From Clostridia bacterium (GTDB lineage: Bacteria; Bacillota; Clostridia; Oscillospirales; CAG-272): a DNA stretch of 64,000 nucleotides. Location: NCBI GenBank assembly GCA_017464805.1, contig JAFTYE010000008.1, positions 57,261 to 121,260 on the forward strand. Reading direction: 5' to 3'. How positions within the stretch are numbered: position 1 is the stretch's first letter; each line of letters opens with the position of its first letter. Below, one piece after another: positions 7,715 to 16,824 of the stretch. Position numbers and translations under genes: made by a program. A model generated the notes under the pieces. The model did no database searches and was not told the origin of the DNA. It saw only the letters and a program-made list of their open reading frames with translations.

Positions 7715-9085
7715 TCATTTTCTCGTCAGGCACACCACGCACTCACAATGCCCCGTACAGGGGAAGAGGTCAACAGGTGTGACCGCACCCATTTCGTAAC
7801 CGCTTGCTGCGAGCAATTTCGCGTCGCGGGCGAGGGTTTCGGGGTTGCAGGAGATATAGACGATGCGCGAGGGCGCGAGGGCGGCGACAAAGGAAAGGAG
7901 TGCCTCGCCGCAGCCGCGGCGTGGGGGGTCGAGCACCACGACATCGGGGCGGATCTCTTCGCCGCGCTCGGCTTCGGCGGCGGCGAGCAGGTTACGAGAG
8001 TTTTCGGCATCGCCGCAATAAAACGAGGCATTTTGGATGCCGTTGCGCTTGGCATTGCGCTTCGCGCAGGCGACCGCCTCGGGCACGATCTCCACGCCGA
8101 TGACCTCGCGCACGCTATGCGCCATAGAAAGCCCGATGCTGCCCACACCGCAATAGAGGTCGAGGAGCAGCTCTTTCCCTGTGAGGCAAGCCAGCTCTTT
8201 TGCACGCGCATAGAGGAGCTCCGCAGCATCGTGATTGACCTGATAAAATGCGGCAGGTGAAATTTCCAGTTCCACGCCCGTAAGCGTATCCGTCATGGTC
8301 TTTTCGCCGTATAGGGGGATATATTTATCGCCGCAGATGACGTTGGTTTTCTCGCGGTTGACGTTGATCAGAATGCCCGTGATCTGCGGAAATTTTCCAA
8401 CAAGGCTGCCCACGATTTCGAGCGAGTGGGGCAACTCCTTGCCGTTTAAGACGAAGGTGAGCAGGATCTCGCCGCTGACCTTTCCAGCGCGCAGGTAGAT
8501 ATGGCGCAAAAGCCCCTTCCCTGTTTCTTCATCGTAAACGGGAACGTTGTACTGCTCGATCAGGCGGTGTAGCTCGTGCAGGATCGGAGGGAAGGCGGGG
8601 TCGCCGAGCGGGCAATCCTCAGCAGGTACGACGCGGTGACTCTTCGGTGCGTAAAAGCCGATACGCAAAGAGCCGTCCTTTTCGCGCGAAACGGGGTACT
8701 GTGCCTTATTGCGGTAGCCGTAACGCTCGCCCGTGGTAAGCAGAGGCAGAATTTGCACGTCGGGCAACCCGTTTTTGATAAAGGCATGGCGAACGGCATT
8801 TTCCTTTAAGGCGATCTCGTGCTCGCGCGTAACGCCGCGATAGGCACAGCCGCCGCAGCCGGACGCCGTGCAGGGGGATTCGGCGCGATAGGGCGAGGGG
8901 CTAAGGACTTCAACAGCCTTGGCGATCGCATAGCCCGAGGCAACACGGATGACGCGTGCGCGGACGGTATCACCGTCCACCGCTCCCGACACAAAAACGA
9001 CCATACCCTTGACGCGGCCGACGCCGAAGCCGAGGTTATTGAGGTCGGTTATCTCGATCGTATATTCCTGATTTTTGACAAGCAC
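7715..9085 (-). CDS. rlmD: 23S rRNA (uracil-1939-C5)-methyltransferase
   Basis: TRAM domain, C..CGGC, YRNKAQY, AFYQVN, DLYCGVG, LDPPRRG, YISCNPETLARD, VDLFP.T.H.E. Confidence 0.95.
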   Translation of the reverse strand: MLVKNQEYTIEITDLNNLGFGVGRVKGMVVFVSGAVDGDTVRARVIRVASGYAIAKAVEVLSPSPYRAESPCTASGCGGCAYRGVTREHEIALKENAVRHAFIKNGLPDVQILPLLTTGERYGYRNKAQYPVSREKDGSLRIGFYAPKSHRVVPAEDCPLGDPAFPPILHELHRLIEQYNVPVYDEETGKGLLRHIYLRAGKVSGEILLTFVLNGKELPHSLEIVGSLVGKFPQITGILINVNREKTNVICGDKYIPLYGEKTMTDTLTGVELEISPAAFYQVNHDAAELLYARAKELACLTGKELLLDLYCGVGSIGLSMAHSVREVIGVEIVPEAVACAKRNAKRNGIQNASFYCGDAENSRNLLAAAEAERGEEIRPDVVVLDPPRRGCGEALLSFVAALAPSRIVYISCNPETLARDAKLLAASGYEMGAVTPVDLFPCTGHCECVVCLTRK

Positions 9086-9129
9086 CGTCTTTTTCCCCTT
9101 TTTTCGCGTTACTTTTACAGCTTACCCAT

Positions 9130-9158
9130 ATTATACTACTACGGGAACACCATTTCAA
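9130..9158 (-). promoter_or_regulatory. Sigma-A promoter for rlmD
   Basis: TTGAAA-17-TATAAT on the minus strand. Confidence 0.7.
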
Positions 9159-9200
9159 GAGAAACGTAAGCAGATAAGCATACTTTTTTGCAATCTTCTA

Positions 9201-9229
9201 TTGACATTATGTTGATGATCTGTTATAAT
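9201..9229 (+). promoter_or_regulatory. Consensus sigma-A promoter for the acyl-CoA synthetase
   Basis: TTGACA-17-TATAAT with extended TGn. Confidence 0.85.
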
Positions 9230-9267
9230 AGTTTTGAAAACTAGATGACATGTTTTGGAGGTTTTTC

Positions 9268-10953
9268 ATGAAAGAAGCAACGATAAAGCCGATTGTGTCC
9301 ATCAAGGGGATGCTTGCGGATGCTGTGGCGGAGGCGGGCGAGCAGGTTGCCTACAAGTACCGCGCAGGCGAAGAGATCCGCGAGGTCACTTTCCGCGCCT
9401 TCCGCGAGGATACCCTGTCGCTTGGCGAGGCACTTTGCCAGCTGGGTGTGGTGGGCGAGCATATTGCCATGTCGGGCGAGAACAGTTACCCGTGGATCAC
9501 GGTCTATCTGACCGTCTTGCAAGGGAACGGTGTTTTTGTGCCGATTGACCGTGATCTGCCCGAGGATGACTTTTTGAACGTGCTGCGTAACAGCGACGCG
9601 ACCGTTCTCTTTTATACGAAAAAGCACGAGGAGCTGATCCGCCGCCGTCTTGCGGAGCTTTCACACATCCGCTACTTTATCGGCATCGACTGCATCGAGG
9701 AGAGTGAGCGTTTTCTGTCCTTTGACAGACTGCTTTCAAGCGGTTACGATCTGCGCGAGGCGGGGCTACACCGCTTTGAGGAGCTTGCACGTGACCCGCA
9801 CAAGCTTGCCATGCTGGTATACACCTCGGGCACGACGGGGCACGCCAAGGGCGTGATGCTCTCCGAGCACAATCTGTGCAGCAGCGTGTACTACGGGCTG
9901 CATTGCTGTACGCCCGGGCGCGTAGGGCTTTCGGTGCTTCCCTATCACCACACCTACGAGGCAGTGCCGGGACTACTGGTAGCCATTCATCACCATTCCA
10001 CCCTGTGCCTGAACGAGAATCTGCGTACCGTCAGCGCCAACCTGAACCTCTACAAGCCCGATTATATGTACGTGGTGCCTGCCTACTTGGAGGCGTTCTA
10101 CAAAAAGATTTGGGCAACAGTGGAAAAGCAGGGCAAGAAAACTGCCTTTTCGGCTCTCATCAAGCTGTCAAACGGCCTGCGGAAGATCGGCATCGATCGC
10201 CGCCGCTCGCTATTCAAGACGGTGCATGCTTCCTTTGGCGGCAATCTTGTGCAATTCGTATGCGGCGGCGCACCCATACGGCGCGAGTTGGCGGTTTTCT
10301 TCGATGCCATCGGCATCGAGGTGTTCAACGGCTACGGCATCACCGAGTGCTCCCCCCTTGTCAGCGTGAATATGCGCGACAACAACGATCCCACCACCGT
10401 GGGCATACCTCTTCCCTGCTGTGAGATCCGCCTGGACGGCGAGACCGAGGACGGGGACGGCGAGATCTGCGTGCGCGGCGACGTGGTGATGATGGGCTAT
10501 TACAAAAACGAGGCGGCGACCGCTGAGGTTCTGACCGAGGACGGTTGGTTCTACACGGGTGACTACGGCCACATGACCGAGAAAGGACAGTTAGTCATCA
10601 CGGGGCGCAAAAAGAACCTGATCGTGCTCTCAAACGGAAAAAACGTCTTCCCCGAGGAGATCGAGGCGTACCTGCAAAGGATTCCCTATGTGGCGGAGGT
10701 CGTTATATTTGGCCTGCGTGACAAGAATGGACAGGAGGAAGCACTTGGCGCAGAAGTTTATCTGCAAGAAGAGGTCCTCTCCAAGATGGGGATCACCAAT
10801 CCCGAGGAGGCACTGAAAAAGGACGGCGCGCACGTATGCGCTCCCCTGCCCGCCTACAAGCATATTGCGAAGTACTATATCCGCAAAACCGAATTTGAAA
10901 AGACCACCTCGCGCAAGATCAAACGTTCCGGTCTGATATTCGCGAGCAAATAA
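9268..10953 (+). CDS. Long-chain acyl-CoA synthetase (AMP-binding)
   Basis: YTSGTTGHAKG, GYGITECSP, GWFYTGD, GRKKNLIVLSNGKNV.PEE; GGAGG RBS. Confidence 0.92.
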   Translation: MKEATIKPIVSIKGMLADAVAEAGEQVAYKYRAGEEIREVTFRAFREDTLSLGEALCQLGVVGEHIAMSGENSYPWITVYLTVLQGNGVFVPIDRDLPEDDFLNVLRNSDATVLFYTKKHEELIRRRLAELSHIRYFIGIDCIEESERFLSFDRLLSSGYDLREAGLHRFEELARDPHKLAMLVYTSGTTGHAKGVMLSEHNLCSSVYYGLHCCTPGRVGLSVLPYHHTYEAVPGLLVAIHHHSTLCLNENLRTVSANLNLYKPDYMYVVPAYLEAFYKKIWATVEKQGKKTAFSALIKLSNGLRKIGIDRRRSLFKTVHASFGGNLVQFVCGGAPIRRELAVFFDAIGIEVFNGYGITECSPLVSVNMRDNNDPTTVGIPLPCCEIRLDGETEDGDGEICVRGDVVMMGYYKNEAATAEVLTEDGWFYTGDYGHMTEKGQLVITGRKKNLIVLSNGKNVFPEEIEAYLQRIPYVAEVVIFGLRDKNGQEEALGAEVYLQEEVLSKMGITNPEEALKKDGAHVCAPLPAYKHIAKYYIRKTEFEKTTSRKIKRSGLIFASK

Positions 10954-10990
10954 CAAACAAGCCGAGGCGCATGCCTCGGCTTGTTTGTTA
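10951..10990. terminator. Bidirectional terminator hairpin
   Basis: Perfect 18-bp inverted repeat TAACAAACAAGCCGAGGC-GCAT-GCCTCGGCTTGTTTGTTA spanning both convergent stop codons. Confidence 0.8.
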
Positions 10991-12274
10991 TTGCACAAAA
11001 TCAAATTCGAAGTCGTAGATATTGACGGTGTCACCGTCCTTGCATCCATGCTCGCGGAGCAGGTCGATGACGCCGTTTTTCTGCAACACGCGGGAGAAGA
11101 AGGAAAGCGATTGATAGTCGTCAAAGTTGATCTGACCCATGAAATTGTAGAGCCATTTTCCCTCGACATAAAAGATGCCGTCCTCGCGGCGGACGGTGGT
11201 TTCCCGTTCGCCTGCGGCACTCTCGGCAGCTTCTTCTTCTGCGGTGATCTCACGCTCGTAGACCTTGATGGGCGGCAGCTCACGCAACTTGTTTTCTACG
11301 GCGACGAGCATTTCGGGAATACCCTCGCCCGTGACGGCCGAGATATAGAACAGCTCGCATCCGAGCGAGCGAACGTACTCCTCAAAGTCGCGGCAGTAGG
11401 GCTCGTCCTCATACAGAACCATGTCGCACTTGTTGGCGACTACGATCTGCGGACGCTCTGCCAGCTCGGGACTGTACTGAGCCAGCTCGCGGTTGATGAC
11501 CTTCATATCCTCGATGGGATCACGCCCCTCGGTGGCGGCGATGTCCACCACGTGCAGAAGCAGGCGACAACGGTCGACGTGACGGAGAAAATCGTGGCCG
11601 AGGCCTGCGCCGTCCGCTGCGCCCTCGATCAGGCCGGGGATATCGGCGGCAACGAAGCCACGCCCTTCCCCGAGCGCGACCACGCCGAGGTTGGGAGAGA
11701 GGGTGGTAAAGTGGTAGCCGGCGATCTTCGGCTTGGCGGCCGAGATGCGGGCCAAGATCGAGGATTTGCCGACGCTCGGAAAGCCGAGCAGTCCAACGTC
11801 CGCGATCATTTTGAGTTCAAGGAGAAGCTCGCGCTCCTCGCCTGCCGTGCCGCTTTTGGCAAAGCGCGGGATCTGACGGGTTGGAGTGGCAAAGTGGCGG
11901 TTGCCCCAGCCGCCGCGGCCGCCGCGGCAGGCAACGAACTCATTTGCCTCCGACATATCAAAAAGCACCTTTCCCGTTTCGGGATCCTTGAGCAAGGTGC
12001 CGGGTGGCACCAGGATAACGGTATCTGCCCCATTTTTTCCGTGCATTTTGTCGGCCTTGCCATCGCCACCGTTCTCGGCAACGAACTTGCGCTTATAACG
12101 GAAGGCGAGCAGAGTGTTGCTTCCCTCGTCCACGCGGAAGATGATGTTGCCGCCGCGTCCGCCGTCACCGCCGTCGGGGCCGCCTGCGGCCACGTACTTT
12201 TCACGGTGGAAGGAGATCGCGCCGTTTCCGCCGTTGCCGGCCTTGACGTAGATCTGAATATGGTCGATAAACAT
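10988..12274 (-). CDS. obgE: GTPase Obg/CgtA
   Basis: Gly-rich Obg fold (GGPDGGDGGRGG), GFPSVGKS, YHFTT, DIPGLIEGA, NKCD, Firmicute-type C-terminal domain. Confidence 0.97.
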   Translation of the reverse strand: MFIDHIQIYVKAGNGGNGAISFHREKYVAAGGPDGGDGGRGGNIIFRVDEGSNTLLAFRYKRKFVAENGGDGKADKMHGKNGADTVILVPPGTLLKDPETGKVLFDMSEANEFVACRGGRGGWGNRHFATPTRQIPRFAKSGTAGEERELLLELKMIADVGLLGFPSVGKSSILARISAAKPKIAGYHFTTLSPNLGVVALGEGRGFVAADIPGLIEGAADGAGLGHDFLRHVDRCRLLLHVVDIAATEGRDPIEDMKVINRELAQYSPELAERPQIVVANKCDMVLYEDEPYCRDFEEYVRSLGCELFYISAVTGEGIPEMLVAVENKLRELPPIKVYEREITAEEEAAESAAGERETTVRREDGIFYVEGKWLYNFMGQINFDDYQSLSFFSRVLQKNGVIDLLREHGCKDGDTVNIYDFEFDFVQ

Positions 12275-12285
12275 GGAAAACTCCT

Positions 12286-13620
12286 TTAATCGTTAGCCTT
12301 GTCACCCTTTTCCCGCAACACGATGCGGATGGGGGTGCCGCGGAAGCCGAAGGTTTCGCGGATGCAGTTTTCGATATAGCGGCGGTAAGAATAGTGGAAC
12401 AGCTCGACGCTGTTGCAGAAGATGACGAAGGTGGGAGGTGCGACGGATACCTGCGTCATGTAGTAGATCTTGAGGCGGCGACCCTTATCCGAGGGGGGCT
12501 CATGGCGAGTGGTGGCATCATTGAGCAGGTCGTTGAGCATGCCCGTAGAGATGCGTGTGCGCGACTGGTTGAACACATAGGCGATCTGCTCATAAATATT
12601 GGTCACGCGCTGACCCGTTTTGGCCGACACGAAGAGGATGGGGGCGTAGGGCATATAGGAAAGTGCCGTGGAGATCTCGCGGGTGAAGCTGTTTGTGGTG
12701 GAGTTGTCCTTTTCAATGAGATCCCACTTATTGACCACCACAATACAGGCCTTTCCTGCCTCATGCGCGATGCCCGCGATATGCTCGTCCTGCTCGGTGA
12801 TACCCTCGTTTGCGTCGATCATAATGAGGCAAACATCGGCACGTTCGACCGCCATGTGGGCGCGCAGGACCGAGTATTTCTCAATCTTATCCTCTACCTT
12901 ACTCTGGCGGCGGATGCCGGCGGTGTCGATAAAGTTGAAGGAGCCGTATTCGTTATCCACGCGGCTGTCGATGGCGTCACGCGTGGTGCCGGGAATGTTG
13001 GAAACGATGACGCGCTCCGTGCCTGCGATGCGGTTGATGAGCGAGGATTTGCCCGCGTTCGGTTTACCGATGACGGCGACGTTGATCACGTCGCTTTCGT
13101 CCTCCTCGGTCTTTTCCTCTGGTACGGAGGCGAGGGCGAGCTCCAGCAGGTCACCGCTACCCGTGCCGTGCAGAGAGGACAGGGGGATGGGGTCGTGGTC
13201 AAAGCCGAGCTCGTAGAATTCATAATAAGCAGGGGGCAAGGAGCCGATGCTGTCGGTCTTGTTGACGCAGAGCACAACGGGTTTTCCGCTTTTCTTCAGC
13301 ATGACGGCAATGTCGCGGTCATCGGCCAGCAGGCCGTCCCGCACGTTGCACATAAAGACGATGACATCGGCGGCGTCGATGGCGATCTGCGCCTGCATAC
13401 GCATTTTTTGCAGAATGATGTCGTCGGTCTTGGGCTCAATACCACCCGTGTCGATGAGGATAAAGCGGCGGCCCGCCCATTCCCCTTCTCCGTACACGCG
13501 ATCGCGGGTCACGCCTGGGGTGTCCTCGACGATCGAGCGGCGTTCGCCGATGAGCTTATTGAACAGGGTGCTTTTGCCAACATTCGGACGGCCGACGATG
13601 GCGATGATTGGTTTTCCCAT
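12286..13620 (-). CDS. der: Ribosome biogenesis GTPase Der/EngA
   Basis: Two G domains (GRPNVGKS, GKPNAGKS), DTGG/DTAG, KH-like C-terminus FGF.GTPI. Confidence 0.97.
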   Translation of the reverse strand: MGKPIIAIVGRPNVGKSTLFNKLIGERRSIVEDTPGVTRDRVYGEGEWAGRRFILIDTGGIEPKTDDIILQKMRMQAQIAIDAADVIVFMCNVRDGLLADDRDIAVMLKKSGKPVVLCVNKTDSIGSLPPAYYEFYELGFDHDPIPLSSLHGTGSGDLLELALASVPEEKTEEDESDVINVAVIGKPNAGKSSLINRIAGTERVIVSNIPGTTRDAIDSRVDNEYGSFNFIDTAGIRRQSKVEDKIEKYSVLRAHMAVERADVCLIMIDANEGITEQDEHIAGIAHEAGKACIVVVNKWDLIEKDNSTTNSFTREISTALSYMPYAPILFVSAKTGQRVTNIYEQIAYVFNQSRTRISTGMLNDLLNDATTRHEPPSDKGRRLKIYYMTQVSVAPPTFVIFCNSVELFHYSYRRYIENCIRETFGFRGTPIRIVLREKGDKAND

Positions 13621-13623
13621 AAT

Positions 13624-14949
13624 TTATTCCTTTCTCCCGCGCGGGGAACGGCGCAGAATGGCGGCGGCAAGCGAGGCACCATCGTTTTTCGCGAAGCGAA
13701 CGGACGTGCCGAGAGTGCGCTCTACATCTGCGGGGGTCTTGTCGTCAAGGAAGAGATCTCCTTCACTGCGAAGGACGTCGGCGGGCAGAATGAGTACGTG
13801 TCCGAGGTCTTTTCCCCGAAGCTGATCGATGATGTCGGTGGCGGTGAGCAGACCTGCGACGGTAATGCTTTCGCCGAAGAAGCGGTTTTTGATCTCGTAC
13901 ACCGTAACCGACAATCCCGGGAATCGACGCTCCATTTGGCGGGCGATCTTCGAGATCATCGGGTAGGCGGATACGCCCGTGGCGATCGACACGTGGCGTG
14001 GAAATAGCAATTTTTTGCCTTTGATTTCATTCTGCCATGAAATAAATTCGGTATACAGAGAGGTGAGCATGCCCACACCGTTTTCAATCTGGGGGTATCC
14101 CTCGTAAAATTCCTCGTTTGGCAGTTCCCTGTCGGCGGCGAGGTAAAACTCGTCCGAGCAGAAGAACAGGCGCGAGCCGTAGGCCTCGAAATGGGCGGAG
14201 GCAAACGCCTCTACTTGGTCGAGGACGGCGATGCTTTCTTCCTTGGTGAAGGGCTCAAGGGGATATAACCCCTCGCGGTGGCGGGTCAGCCCTGCGGGCA
14301 CGACCGACACCGAGGACACGGCGGGATAGAGGGCGGCGAGGTCGTGCATGGTACGATCAAGCTCGTTTCCGTCATTTAATCCACGGCAGAGCACGATCTG
14401 GCAATGAAGCTCAATGCCCCCTTCGGCCAGGCGGTGCAGGTGGTGCAATGCTTCACCCGCATGCGGGTTTTTCATCATTGTAACGCGCAGGTCGGGATTG
14501 GTGGTATGCACCGACACGTTGATGGGGGAGAAGTGCATGTTCAGGACGCGGTCTACGTCGCGGTCGGTGAGATTAGTTAGGGTGATGTAGTTGCCGTGCA
14601 GAAAGGACAAACGGGCATCATCGTCCTTGAAATACAGGCTATCCCGCATGCCGGACGGTAGCTGGTCGATAAAGCAAAAGACGCATTTGTTGCGGCAGGA
14701 CTGCTTTTTGTCCATCAAGGGCGTTTCAAAGCCAAGGCCGATATCGTCGTATTCCTCTTTTTCGATCGTCACGTCGTAAGGCTCACCGTTTCGCGCAAGC
14801 GACAGGGTCACACTTTCGTCTGCGAGGTAGAAGCGATAGTCGAGCACATCTTCGATCTCGTTTCCGTTGACCGACACCAACACATCCCCCGGCAAAATAC
14901 CCGCCCGTGCCGCACGACTGCGCCGCGCGACTTCTTTGACATGTACCAT
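13624..14949 (-). CDS. DUF512 / PDZ radical-SAM protein
   Basis: N-terminal PDZ-like segment, CRNKCVFCFIDQLP, KDDD.RLSF, YPQIENGVG, FLDD; typical position upstream of der. Confidence 0.9.
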   Translation of the reverse strand: MVHVKEVARRSRAARAGILPGDVLVSVNGNEIEDVLDYRFYLADESVTLSLARNGEPYDVTIEKEEYDDIGLGFETPLMDKKQSCRNKCVFCFIDQLPSGMRDSLYFKDDDARLSFLHGNYITLTNLTDRDVDRVLNMHFSPINVSVHTTNPDLRVTMMKNPHAGEALHHLHRLAEGGIELHCQIVLCRGLNDGNELDRTMHDLAALYPAVSSVSVVPAGLTRHREGLYPLEPFTKEESIAVLDQVEAFASAHFEAYGSRLFFCSDEFYLAADRELPNEEFYEGYPQIENGVGMLTSLYTEFISWQNEIKGKKLLFPRHVSIATGVSAYPMISKIARQMERRFPGLSVTVYEIKNRFFGESITVAGLLTATDIIDQLRGKDLGHVLILPADVLRSEGDLFLDDKTPADVERTLGTSVRFAKNDGASLAAAILRRSPRGRKE

Positions 14950-14982
14950 AGCTTCCCCTCCCTCTTTCAAGTCATTCATAAT

Positions 14983-15079
14983 ATTATAGCACACGAAGAA
15001 AGAAAAAGCAATCACCCCTTATATTTTTTTGCGTTTTTGCGGTCGAACGCTTGACTTTATCCTGCGTTTGTGGTAGCAT
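14983..15079. promoter_or_regulatory. Divergent sigma-A promoters
   Basis: Minus strand TTGCTT-17-TATAAT (15011-14983); plus strand TTGACT-17-TAGCAT (15051-15079). Confidence 0.6.
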
Positions 15080-15108
15080 GGTAACAACGACAAGGAAAGG
15101 GGCTTTTT

Positions 15109-15768
15109 ATGGAGCTTCAAGGAAAAAAGATCAATTTTCTCGGTGACAGCATCACCGAAGGGTGCAGCGTAAGCGTGCCCGAAAATTATTACTGGAACGT
15201 GATCGGACGGGAGCAGGGTGCGATCGTGCGTGGTTACGGCATTGGCGGCACGCGCATCGCGCGCCAGAAAAAACCAACGGTGGACAACCCGCGCCAGGAC
15301 CTTGATTTTTGTATGCGCGTGGACGAGATGGATCCCGATGCGGACATCGTGGTGGTGTTCGGTGGTACCAACGACTGGGGTCACGGCGACGCCCCCCTTG
15401 GCACGCCGGATGATCGCACACCCCACACCTTCTACGGTGCTTGTCATACCCTGTGCCGCAAGCTGATCGAAAAATATCCGAGCGCCGTCATTGCGTTTAT
15501 GACTCCCCTGCACCGCGAGACCGAGGACGATCTGCGCGGCGGACAGCGCAAGCCCGCTGATGTCGGCAACCTGCTGACCTACGTTCGCATTATCCGCGAG
15601 GTGACGGAGTTCTATTCCTTGCCCGTCCTGGATCTGTTTGCATGCAGTGGCATGTATCCGAAGGTCGAGGCGCACAAGAAGCTCTATATGCCCGACGGTC
15701 TGCACCCGAACGATGCGGGTCACGCGGTCATTGCACGTAAGCTGACGAACTTCCTGCTCTCCCTATAA
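15109..15768 (+). CDS. SGNH/GDSL hydrolase
   Basis: FLGDSITEG, GIGG, GGTND, DGLHPN. Confidence 0.92.
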   Translation: MELQGKKINFLGDSITEGCSVSVPENYYWNVIGREQGAIVRGYGIGGTRIARQKKPTVDNPRQDLDFCMRVDEMDPDADIVVVFGGTNDWGHGDAPLGTPDDRTPHTFYGACHTLCRKLIEKYPSAVIAFMTPLHRETEDDLRGGQRKPADVGNLLTYVRIIREVTEFYSLPVLDLFACSGMYPKVEAHKKLYMPDGLHPNDAGHAVIARKLTNFLLSL

Positions 15769-15785
15769 AACAAAAAAGCAAGAGA

Positions 15786-15822
15786 AAACCCACGGCAGAA
15801 CAGAAACGCCGTGGGCTTTCTT
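15786..15822. terminator. Putative bidirectional terminator
   Basis: CCCACGGC-11 nt-GCCGTGGG flanked by A/T tracts between convergent genes. Confidence 0.65.
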
Positions 15823-16265
15823 TATTTTCCAAGTAAGCGACGAAGCTTGCCGTAAATGATGCGAAGCGGGCGGTTTTTGGCACGGCGGAGGCCGGGGGAA
15901 ACGAAGTCGCGCGTACCGCGCGCGAGTGTTCCCTGCGGTCGGATGATTTCGGTCACGATACCGATGACCTGCTCCACCTGCACACCGTGCTCCAAAACGA
16001 CCTGATTGTCGCCACACATGGTAAAGCCATCCTTGTCAATCCCGAGGACACGGTGAAGGACGAAGTTCCCATCCGCGCGTTTATAGAACAGGATATCGTA
16101 AAGTGAAACTTGTCCGTCCCATTTGACGATGCTGACGCTATCGCGCCCGGGGACAATGGTCGGGCGCATGCTGTCCCCTCGTGGGCGCAGGGTGAAGACT
16201 CCGCCGCCATCCAGGATGGCGCGAAAGACGGGTTCCATAGCCGCAAGGCTTGCTTTCTCTTTCAT
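15822..16265 (-). CDS. S24/S26 family peptidase-like protein
   Basis: GDSMRPTI (Ser), FVLHRV, CGDN; ATG at 16265. Confidence 0.75.
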   Translation of the reverse strand: MKEKASLAAMEPVFRAILDGGGVFTLRPRGDSMRPTIVPGRDSVSIVKWDGQVSLYDILFYKRADGNFVLHRVLGIDKDGFTMCGDNQVVLEHGVQVEQVIGIVTEIIRPQGTLARGTRDFVSPGLRRAKNRPLRIIYGKLRRLLGK

Positions 16266-16332
16266 ACTCTGCCCTTTCTTCATAATTCGGTGGGCGCTTT
16301 TCATATCATAGATAGCAAAAGGGGGGTGTGCG

Positions 16333-16821
16333 ATGCGTGAAATACGAGGACTGCTCTTGCTGATATGCTGTGCCGTTTTACTTTCGAGCTGTGGCGGCAC
16401 AAGCCGACCGTGCGCCGAGCTAATGGGAAAATTTTGTGAGCAATACGGAGATCTACCCGACGGGCGAATCTATCGTGCAGGAGCCGAGGAGTGGGAAGAA
16501 GAGGCCATGCCCACCGATATGGCGGACATCCTGTTCACCGAGGATAACGGCGAAAATGCTTTTTCCCTATGCGTGGACTATGCAATCTTTCTCTCCTCCT
16601 CCTACGGGGGCGGAGAGATCGCGTTCCTTCGAGCGGACCGGGGGGCGGAGGCCGCGCGCCTTGCCGAGATGTGTGCTTCCAGGCTTGCGCGGATCCGCCG
16701 CGCACTTCCCGACGCGCCCGTTCTCACGGACGCGTGCGTGTTGCGCGAGGAGAATGTGGTCGTGTTGCTGCTTTTACCCGACAATGGGCGTGCAAAATCG
16801 ATCTGCCAAGGATTATTGTAG
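16333..16821 (+). CDS. Lipoprotein (DUF4358-like)
   Basis: Signal peptide with lipobox LSSC; family assignment tentative. Confidence 0.7.
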   Translation: MREIRGLLLLICCAVLLSSCGGTSRPCAELMGKFCEQYGDLPDGRIYRAGAEEWEEEAMPTDMADILFTEDNGENAFSLCVDYAIFLSSSYGGGEIAFLRADRGAEAARLAEMCASRLARIRRALPDAPVLTDACVLREENVVVLLLLPDNGRAKSICQGLL

Positions 16822-16824
16822 GAA

